From Bacteroidota bacterium (GTDB lineage: Bacteria; Bacteroidota; Bacteroidia; B-17B0; Aurantibacillaceae), in contig JADJDM010000009.1 of NCBI GenBank assembly GCA_016702705.1, forward strand, positions 58,596-82,595: a DNA stretch of 24,000 nt. Direction: 5' to 3'. The position numbers were made by a program, and so were the translations under genes. The stretch's first letter is position 1; the number at the start of each line of letters is the position of its first letter. Below the pieces are notes generated by a model. That model had not been told where the DNA came from, searched no databases, and worked only from the letters and a program-made list of their open reading frames with translations. Of this stretch, positions 9,543 through 16,961 are shown one piece after another.

Positions 9543-10004
9543 TCATTCTTCGAAGTCGAAAAGATATTTCTGGTCGTAACTAATATCAAAGTCTTTAAGT
9601 AATTCAAGATACTCTTCTTTAAAACGTTTCTTTGTATGATGTCCTTTCTGATTAAGAATATATTTTGCTACTTTGTCTAAATCCCAATGACCATATGAAA
9701 AAGCACCGAAGCCTTCTTGCCAATTAAACTTTCCTTGTATCCAGTTTTGTTCGTTTATGAATTTAGAGTAAGCTGCTTTAATGTCTCTTACTAAATCTGA
9801 AATACTTATTGATGGTTTAAAGCCTACTAATACATGTGTGTGGTCGGGCATACAATAGATGGCAATTAATTTTTGACCTCTGTTTTGTACTATACCCGAA
9901 ATGAACTTTTGCAACTCTTCTCTATTGGTTTCAGAAATAAGATTTTGTCGTCCTTTAACTACGAAGACAATTTGAAGATATATCTGAGTATATGTATTTG
10001 CTAT
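9543..10004 (-). CDS. IS200-like / REP-associated tyrosine transposase (Y1_Tnp, RAYT-type)
   Basis: HUH motif in IAIYCMPDHTHVLVGF and candidate catalytic Tyr in DKVAKYILNQKGHHTKKRFKEEYLELLKDFDISYDQKYLFDF. Homology extends upstream of the listed ORF (TTG at 9914): ANTYTQIYLQIVFVVKGRQNLISETNREEL, beginning at an ATA codon (10002..10004). Confidence 0.85.
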   Translation of the reverse strand: MANTYTQIYLQIVFVVKGRQNLISETNREELQKFISGIVQNRGQKLIAIYCMPDHTHVLVGFKPSISISDLVRDIKAAYSKFINEQNWIQGKFNWQEGFGAFSYGHWDLDKVAKYILNQKGHHTKKRFKEEYLELLKDFDISYDQKYLFDFEE

Positions 10005-10008
10005 ACTT

Positions 10009-10030
10009 ACAGGTCGCCCCGCTGGGGCTT
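10009..10030 (-). repeat. right copy of perfect 22-bp inverted repeat flanking the Y1 transposase
   Basis: ACAGGTCGCCCCGCTGGGGCTT, the exact reverse complement of 9521..9542. Confidence 0.9.
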
Positions 10031-10138
10031 AATAGGTTTTTGTTTCTAGTTAGTTAGAAATAGGTTGCCCCGATGGGGCTTTTAATTTACTTTATGTTCG
10101 CGTTCGCTCGCCATTGTAGTTTTGTACAAACTATATAT

Positions 10139-13100
10139 TTATACCACAATATTTATAATCTTCCCTGGCACCACAATTACTTTCTTAGGTGCTTTACCAT
10201 CTAAGTAAGTTCCTGTTTGTTGTAAAGCAAGAATTTCTTTTTCTACATCTTCTTTGCTTAAGCTTAAATCAAACTCCACGTTAAATCTAACTTTACCATT
10301 AAACGAAACTGGGTAATTGAAAGATGATTCTTTTACAAACTCCTCGTTAAACATAGGGAACGGGGCAAATGCAATGCTTTCTGTATTACCCAATTTTTCC
10401 CAAAGCTCTTCTGTAATATGCGGGGCATAAGGAGAAATTAAAACCAATAGTTGTTCTAAAACTGATTTCTTATTGCATTTTAAATCTGTTAACTCATTTA
10501 CACAAATCATAAAACTACTTACCGACGTGTTAAACGAAAAACGATCGATATCATCTGTGATTTTTTTAATTGTTTTATGTAGTGTTTTTAATTCGTCTTT
10601 TGTTGGAGCTTCAGCGTTTACTTTAGCGCTTCCATCTTCTTGTATATTAAATAATCTCCAAAGTTTTTTTAAGAAACCTGCAACACCTGTAATACCATTC
10701 GTATTCCAAGGCTTGCTTAACTCTAATGGACCTAAAAACATTTCGTAAAGGCGTAATGTATCTGCCCCGAATTTCACACAAATGTCATCAGGAGAAACAA
10801 CGTTCCATTTCGACTTGGACATTTTTTCCACTTCCCATCCACAAATAAATTCGCCATTCTCTTCTTTTTCAAATATTGCTGATTTAAATTCAGGTCTCCA
10901 TTTTATAAATTCATCAATACTTAGAGTATCATTGTGAACAATATTAACATCAACATGAGATTTTGTAATATTAAAACTGGTCAAGTGAATGTCGGAGTTA
11001 GCACCATAAGTTGATGCTATATTTTCTTTTATTACTTTTTCTATTTTGAAATAAGTTTCAGAATCTTTCTTTTCTAATAATTCTGCTATTGATTTAGTGA
11101 CAAAGATTCTTTTTAACTCATTAAAATCAGTATCTCCAGGTCTAACCAACATTGGAGCAACCCAATAGGTATAATTACTTCTGCCTTGTATCATCCCTTG
11201 ATTAATCAACTTCTTAGCAGGTTCATCAAAATTTATAAAACCTCTGTCTTTTAAAAACATGGTCCAAAAACGTACATACAACAAATGCCCCGTTGCATGC
11301 TCGCTACCGCCTAAATACAAATCAACTTGTTGCCAGTAGTCGACTGCGTTTTTACTTACAAATTCTTTTTCGTTGTTGGCATCCATGTAACGCAAAAAGT
11401 ACCACGAGCTTCCTGCCCAGCCTGGCATAGTAGTGTGCTCGTATTCAAATTGCCCTTTGTATTTCCAATCCTTCGCACGTGCTAGTGGCGGCTCACCATC
11501 TTCAGTTGGTAAAAATTTATCTACTTCAGGTAAACGCAATGGCAATTCATCTTCTGGTAACACATGTGGTACTCCGTTTTTGTAATACACTGGAATTGGT
11601 TCACCCCAATAACGCTGGCGACCAAATACGGCATCGCGTAAACGATAATTTATTTTACCTTTACCAATTTCTTTTTTCTCTATTTCTTCAATTGCTTTTT
11701 TAATAGCAGCTTTTACTTCAAGTCCGTTTAAGAAATCGGAGTTAATCATTTTTCCTTCTTTCTCGCCCCAAGCATCTTCATCAAATGAATGAGCAGTAGT
11801 AGGTTCAATTACTTGCGGAAGCGCTAATCCAAAATGTTTTGCAAATTTATAATCGCGGACATCATGCGCGGGAACTGCCATTACAGCGCCTGTTCCGTAA
11901 CCGGCCAATACATAATCACCAACCCAAACTGGAATTGGTTTTCCAGTAAACGGATGCTCAACATAAGCACCAGTAAATACACCAGTAATTTTATTTACAT
12001 CAGCTTGGCGCTCGCGTTCGCTTCTGTTTTTTGCTTTAATAACGTATTCATCAACTGCAGCTTTTTGTTCAGCTGTTGTAATTTCAGTTACTAATTCATG
12101 CTCAGGTGCAAGTGTTACAAACGAAACTCCGAAAATGGTATCAGGGCGAGTGGTGAACACTTCGATGGTTTTAGCCTCTCCCTCCGCCTCCCTCTCCACG
12201 GGAGAGGGAATCGATGCTACTCGAGATTTAATAGAAGCTAAAACAGTATCGTGGTCGTTTAACACTTGTTCGTTTGTAAAGCGAATAACTTCAAAACCTA
12301 ACTTGTTTAATACATCAGTTCTTGCAGCATCTCTTTCTTGTGTTGAATTATGAATTTCACCATCAACTTCGATAATCAAGTTTTTTTCAATGCAAATAAA
12401 ATCTGCAATGTAAGTTTAGATTGCATGTTGTCTTCTAAACTTAACACCCAAATTTTTATTTCTTACACTTTGCCACAAGGCATCTTCAGCCTCAGTTTGT
12501 GGTTGTCTATTCTCACGCGCAAATTGTTTAAGTAATGTATAGATTTCAGCATTGGCAGTCTGCCAAGAAAACCTATCCCCCTTCTCCCGTGGAGAAGGAC
12601 CGGGGATGAGGCTGAATCTCAGACTCGACCCCTCACTTCTTCCTATCCAATATCTCTGCGCTTCTTTTAAACTATCTGTCCAATCAATTTTATCTAATCC
12701 ATCTAACAAACGTTGAGAGTATGCAGTAATACGCATGCTCCATTGTTTCATTAATTTTCTTTCTACTGGATATCCACCACGCTCACTAACTCCGTCTTTT
12801 ACTTCATCATTGGCAAGCACTGTTCCTAAAGCGGGGCACCAGTTTACATAAGCTTCACCTAAATAAGCAATACGAAAATTCATTAAAATTTCGCTGCGCT
12901 TTTTCTCAGGAAAGTTTTTCCAATCATTAGGAGAGAAGGCAGTTAATTCTTTTTCAATTTCTCCAGTTAAAATATCATGTGTTAATCCTTTAAAACCTTC
13001 TGTATCGAAAATATGCATCAAGGTTTCAATTGCTTCAGCTTTATTAGTGCGTGGGTTGTACCAGCTGTTGAACAACTGAATAAAAATCCATTGCGTCCAT

Positions 13101-13498
13101 TTATAATATTCAGGGTCAGAAGTTCTTACTTCTCTGTCCCAATCAAATGAAAAACCAATTTTGTCTAGTTGCTCGCGGTAACGTGCAATGTTTTGTTCGG
13201 TTGTAATTGCAGGATGTTGCCCCGTTTGTATTGCATATTGCTCAGCAGGTAAACCAAATGAGTCGTAACCCATTGGATGCAATACATTAAATCCTTTATG
13301 ACGTTTGTAACGAGATACAATATCAGAAGCAATATAACCCAGCGGATGACCTACGTGTAAGCCTGCTCCAGATGGGTAAGGAAACATATCTAATACATAG
13401 TATTTTGGTTTTGAACCATCATTACTTGCTTTAAATGTTTTATTAGTAGCCCAGTTCTTTTGCCACTTCTTTTCTATCTCCGTAAAATTGTATTCCAT
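10139..13498 (-). CDS. leuS: leucyl-tRNA synthetase with an in-frame DUF559-like endonuclease insert near the start of the CP1 editing domain, interrupted by one in-frame TAA (12416..12418)
   Basis: N-terminal half: [57 protein letters not shown] (HIGH-type) ... [11 protein letters not shown]-terminal half: [16 protein letters not shown] ... WGEPIPVYY ... [15 protein letters not shown] ... EKMSKSKWN (KMSKS). Both listed ORFs (12416..13498 and 10139..12379) are in the same frame, separated only by the TAA codon. Confidence 0.95.
12173..12208 (+). repeat. left terminal repeat of the leuS insert, with REP-like palindrome CCCTCTCC-ACG-GGAGAGGG (12190..12208)
   Basis: AGCCTCTCCCTCCGCCTCCCTCTCCACGGGAGAGGG, similar to the reverse complement of the right end (AGCCTCATCCCCGGTCCTTCTCCACGGGAGAAGG). 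Confidence 0.75.
12575..12613 (-). repeat. right terminal repeat of the leuS insert, with palindrome CCTTCTCC-CGT-GGAGAAGG (12580..12598) extended by ATCCCC/GGGGAT
   Basis: ATCCCCCTTCTCCCGTGGAGAAGGACCGGGGATGAGGCT. An 8-bp perfect inner stem and a 6-bp outer stem. Inverted relative to the left repeat. Confidence 0.75.
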
Positions 13499-13592
13499 AA
13501 GTCAAAAATAAGAGGTCGAATTTACGAAAAATAGGGGTTTCGGGGCTCATTTTTTAAGAAAATGATTACATTTAAACTATATAAATTATTGC

Positions 13593-15698
13593 ATGAATAA
13601 AATAGTAAAACTGTTGCTTGTGTTTTTAATTACTGGTTCTTCTTTGTTTGCACAAAAGCAAAGGAAGATAGATAGTTTAAAAACGATGCTTTCGGGCAGT
13701 ATTCATGATACAATAAGAACAAAAACATTAAATGCTTTAGCAAAATTGTATTGGACAAATAATCCAGATACCGCAATGGTATTGGTTCTTCAATCAGAAA
13801 AAGTAGCCGAAAAATTGAAGGATAAAAAGTACCAATGTATTACAACAATTTACAAAGCATATATAATTTCGGCACTAGGTAATTATGATAGTGCTATTGT
13901 AGTTTACCAGCAAGCAATTGATTTATCTAAAAAAAATAAAAAGGATAAACCACTTGGGCAAGCATTAACCGCTTTAGGTAATGTGTATAATATTATTGGC
14001 GATTATGATAGTGCAATTAAATATTATATGGAAGCCTTAACAATTCAGGAGCGACTGGCAGATAAAGTTGGAATGGCAAAAACTTATAATAGTTTGGGTG
14101 TTTTGTTCGAGTGGCAAAAGGATTATAAAAGTGCGCTTAACTACCATAAACAAGCCTTCGTAATAAAAACGGAATTAGAAGATTCTGTTGAAATGGCAAC
14201 ATCTTTAAATAATATGGGAATTGTTTATGAATCGATGAAGGATACGGAGAATGCATTAAAGCATCACCTACAATCATTGGAAATTAGGAAACTTATTGAT
14301 GATAAGAATGGTTTGATTATGTCCTACACAAATTTGGGAAATATTTATTCTCATAATAATAAATCAAAAGAGGCAATTGATTTTTTAAGTAAGGCTTATG
14401 CCTTAGCAATTGAAATAAAAGATAGACTTAATTTGGCTAGAGTTGCCTTTGATTTGGGAAATCATTACTTTATAATTAAAGAGTATGAGAAGGGAGTAAA
14501 ATATATTTTGGAGGCTGAGGGGATTTCAGAGGAAATGGAGATTAAAGAATTACAGAGAGATGTTTATAAAGAGCTTTCAGATTATTTTATAATGAAGAAA
14601 GATTACAAGGCTGCTTTGGATTATTCCTTAAAGTATAGAGATGTAAATGATAGTTTGTACAATGAAAATAAAACAAAGGAGATACAAGGTTTAAATTCGA
14701 AATACCAAAGTGAAAAGAAAGAACAAGAAATAAATTCGCTTAATCAACAAAGTAAAATTCAGCAATTGGATATTAAGCAAAAGAGAACATCTATGTACTC
14801 TTTGTTTGCAGGAGTTTTGTTGTTAATATTAATCGCAATCATTTTATTTAATAGAAATAGAATTAAGCAAAAGGCGAATAAAGAATTAGCCGAAAAAAAT
14901 AATTTGATTGAACATCAAAAGCATCTTGTTGAAGAAAAAAACCATGAAATTACCGATAGTATTAATTACGCTAAACGTATTCAAACTGCTTTGCTGCCTT
15001 CAGAGGATTCATTTAAAGAATTAATCCCGCAATCCTTCGTTTTATTTAAACCAAAGGATATTGTTTCCGGCGATTTCTTTTGGATAAATGGAAAGGATAA
15101 TTTTATTTTTTATGTAGCTGCTGATTGCACCGGGCATGGTGTTCCAGGAGCATTTATGAGTATGTTAGGAACCTCGTTTTTAAATGAAATTATTAATGAA
15201 AAAGATGTTATTGAACCTGGCGATATTTTGGATTTATTGAAAATAAAAATCATCAAATCACTAAAGCAAAAGGGTGAAGTGGGTAGCAATAAAGATGGAA
15301 TGGATATGGTACTTTGCAGGATAGACACTTCAAAAAACGAATTAGTTTTTGCTGCAGCAAATAATCCTTTATGGTTATTAAGAGATGGTGAAATAATTGA
15401 ATACAAAGCCGATAAACAACCTGTAGGTATTGGTTCAGAAGGATTTGAGCATTTTAATCAACATACTATCCAATTACTAAAAGGCGACTTAGTTTATACT
15501 TTTAGTGATGGTTATGCAGATCAATTTGGTGGACCTAAAGGAAAGAAATTTAAGTACAAACAAATGGAGGAAATTATACTTGCAAATGCGAACGAATCAA
15601 TGGAATTCCAAAAGAATGGTTTGGATGAGCGTTTTGAAAAGTGGAGAGGTGAATTGGAGCAAGTAGATGATGTTTGCATCATTGGAGTGAAAATATAA
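13593..15698 (+). CDS. TPR-repeat, single-TM, SpoIIE-family (PP2C-like) protein phosphatase
   Basis: Signal peptide, multiple TPR units (ALTALGNVYNIIGDYDSAIKYYMEALTIQE, KTYNSLGVLFEWQKDYKSALNYHKQAFVIK...), TM segment LFAGVLLLILIAIILF, then a SpoIIE domain (LLPSEDSFKELIPQSFVLFKPKDIVSGDFFWI..AADCTGHGVPGAFMSMLGTSFLNEI..YTFSDGYADQFGG). Confidence 0.92.
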   Translation: MNKIVKLLLVFLITGSSLFAQKQRKIDSLKTMLSGSIHDTIRTKTLNALAKLYWTNNPDTAMVLVLQSEKVAEKLKDKKYQCITTIYKAYIISALGNYDSAIVVYQQAIDLSKKNKKDKPLGQALTALGNVYNIIGDYDSAIKYYMEALTIQERLADKVGMAKTYNSLGVLFEWQKDYKSALNYHKQAFVIKTELEDSVEMATSLNNMGIVYESMKDTENALKHHLQSLEIRKLIDDKNGLIMSYTNLGNIYSHNNKSKEAIDFLSKAYALAIEIKDRLNLARVAFDLGNHYFIIKEYEKGVKYILEAEGISEEMEIKELQRDVYKELSDYFIMKKDYKAALDYSLKYRDVNDSLYNENKTKEIQGLNSKYQSEKKEQEINSLNQQSKIQQLDIKQKRTSMYSLFAGVLLLILIAIILFNRNRIKQKANKELAEKNNLIEHQKHLVEEKNHEITDSINYAKRIQTALLPSEDSFKELIPQSFVLFKPKDIVSGDFFWINGKDNFIFYVAADCTGHGVPGAFMSMLGTSFLNEIINEKDVIEPGDILDLLKIKIIKSLKQKGEVGSNKDGMDMVLCRIDTSKNELVFAAANNPLWLLRDGEIIEYKADKQPVGIGSEGFEHFNQHTIQLLKGDLVYTFSDGYADQFGGPKGKKFKYKQMEEIILANANESMEFQKNGLDERFEKWRGELEQVDDVCIIGVKI

Positions 15699-15748
15699 AG
15701 ATAAGGCTTCAATTATGAAGCCTTATCTTTTTAAAACGGAGTTAATAA

Positions 15749-16546
15749 CTAGCCGGGTCTAAAATTTATAGGAAGATTAAAATAAACAGGAACAAAGTTA
15801 TTTCCTTGTTTGCCAGGCTTCCATTTTGGCATTCCTCTTACAACTCTTAATGCTTCTTTTGATAATCCTTCACCACCAGTAACTCCTTTTAAAACTTCAG
15901 CAGTTGAGATGGACCCATCCGCATTTACAACAAATTTCACAAATACTCTTCCGCCAATTCCTGCTTCTAATTCCATTTGAGGATATTTGGTGTTGTTTTG
16001 AAGGTAAGTCATTAATGCATTTATTCCACCAGGAAATTCCGGCATTACTTCTGCAATTGCTATGGGCTCCACTATCGTTACGGAGGGTGTCGCAACCACT
16101 GTAATTGTGCTTGTGCCTGGTCCAACTGCATTTGGATCAATAACATTGCTTGTGTCGCCAGTGGAAGTTACTAAACTTAAACTAGTGTTTGGGTTGATTG
16201 GTTCAATAGGTTCGTTTGTAAATACTGTACTAATTGCAGTTGAAGCTGGACCCGAAGCTGATTGTTCGATTTTTTGTTCAGGTTGTTCAATTGGGGTAAC
16301 ATCAATTGGTACAATGGTTTCAATTTGTTCTGCAAATGTTACCTTCTCAATTGGTTTTTCTTTAAAATAGTTATTGTAAGCTAAAGAAGAACCAACTAAC
16401 AAAAGTAAAGAGGATGCAACTATTGTTAAAGCTTTAATCACTGTGTCGTTGTATGCATTTCTAATTGCATATGCGCCGTAATTTTTGTTCTTGTTTTCAA
16501 AAATCATGTCTAACATGTTTTCTGGATTGCTGTTGTAAGTTTTCAT
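15749..16546 (-). CDS. energy transducer TonB family protein
   Basis: N-terminal TM segment, Pro/Glu-rich linker, C-terminal TonB domain (PEFPGGINALMTYLQNNTKYPQMELEAGIGGRVFVKFVVNADGSISTAEVLKGVTGGEGLSKEALRVVRGMPKWKPGKQGNNFVPVYFNLPINF). Confidence 0.92.
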   Translation of the reverse strand: MKTYNSNPENMLDMIFENKNKNYGAYAIRNAYNDTVIKALTIVASSLLLLVGSSLAYNNYFKEKPIEKVTFAEQIETIVPIDVTPIEQPEQKIEQSASGPASTAISTVFTNEPIEPINPNTSLSLVTSTGDTSNVIDPNAVGPGTSTITVVATPSVTIVEPIAIAEVMPEFPGGINALMTYLQNNTKYPQMELEAGIGGRVFVKFVVNADGSISTAEVLKGVTGGEGLSKEALRVVRGMPKWKPGKQGNNFVPVYFNLPINFRPG

Positions 16547-16837
16547 ACTACATTTTTTTAAGGTGATTAATAAAATAAGTAAAGCGCTTTACTATCTTTC
16601 GATTTTTAGTGTTGCGCAGCACTTCCAATCAATCGACAATTCAAAAGTATATATAGCACATTCATAAAACTACATTCATCTGTGATGTGGCAGCAACTAT
16701 TTTTTAAGTGGTAGCTTTTAGGTGATATTTGGTAAGAACAGATATTGAGTTGTTGAATTAATGAGTTATTGAATTTATTATCAATTGTATGAAAATTATT
16801 TCTCACTAAATTCATTTGACTTGTAAATCAATAATTC

Positions 16838-16961
16838 AAGGGAATCTCAAGTGATTCATTTATCGAGGCGAACAAAAAATTAAAACGTAGTGTGCTACGG
16901 CACATGAGGCTTTAAATTTTGAAGTTCAACGATGAGAAATGGATTAATTGAGATTCCCTTA
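16838..16961. repeat. long inverted-repeat element immediately 3' of (and touching) the stop codon of the 1160-aa OMP gene
   Basis: AAGGGAATCTCAAGTGATTCATTTATCG ... CGATGAGAAATGGATTAATTGAGATTCCCTT, with partially complementary inner segments AATTAAAACGTAGTGTGCTACG / CACATGAGGCTTTAAATTTT. Confidence 0.7.

Larger units (their letters stand above)
9471..10079 (-). mobile_element. REP-associated / IS200-like (Y1 transposase, RAYT) element bounded by palindromic inverted repeats
   Basis: Y1 transposase ORF flanked by a perfect 22-bp inverted repeat (9521..9542 / 10009..10030) and an outer imperfect inverted repeat (9471..9496 / 10055..10081), each containing a short GC-rich palindrome. Confidence 0.8.
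12173..12613 (-). mobile_element. ~441-bp in-frame insertion element inside leuS carrying a DUF559 (Vsr-like/PD-(D/E)XK-type) endonuclease domain
   Basis: Insert translation: [146 protein letters not shown]. It has typical DUF559 motifs (TEAE..LW..VRNK..G.KFRRQH, YIADFIC....LIIEVDG..H......D..R...L...G..VIRF.N..V) and lies between conserved LeuRS segments WIGRSEG and [10 protein letters not shown]. Confidence 0.85.

Noticed and set aside
10473-12535. Multiple plus-strand ORFs (10473..10748, 11479..11703, 11834..12094, 12135..12353, 12350..12535)
   Set aside because: Antisense to leuS or its insert, with no independent coding evidence.
12170-12613. Interpretation of the leuS insert as an intein
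   Set aside because: I see no N-terminal Cys/Ser splicing block, no C-terminal His-Asn and no block B TxxH. The boundaries are palindromic repeats instead.
9471-12613. A common origin for the palindromes around the Y1 transposase and those around the leuS insert
   Set aside because: The cores differ (GCCCCNNNGGGGC versus CCYTCTCCNNNGGAGARGG) and no shared flanking sequence was seen. They look like two separate element types.
15110-16370. ORFs 15110..15406, 15521..15712, 15904..16104 and 16062..16370
   Set aside because: Antisense to the SpoIIE phosphatase and TonB genes, both strongly supported.
16606-16815. 69-aa minus-strand ORF in the intergenic region upstream of the tonB-like gene
   Set aside because: Short, low-similarity AT-rich translation without a supported start. 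Probably non-coding leader sequence.
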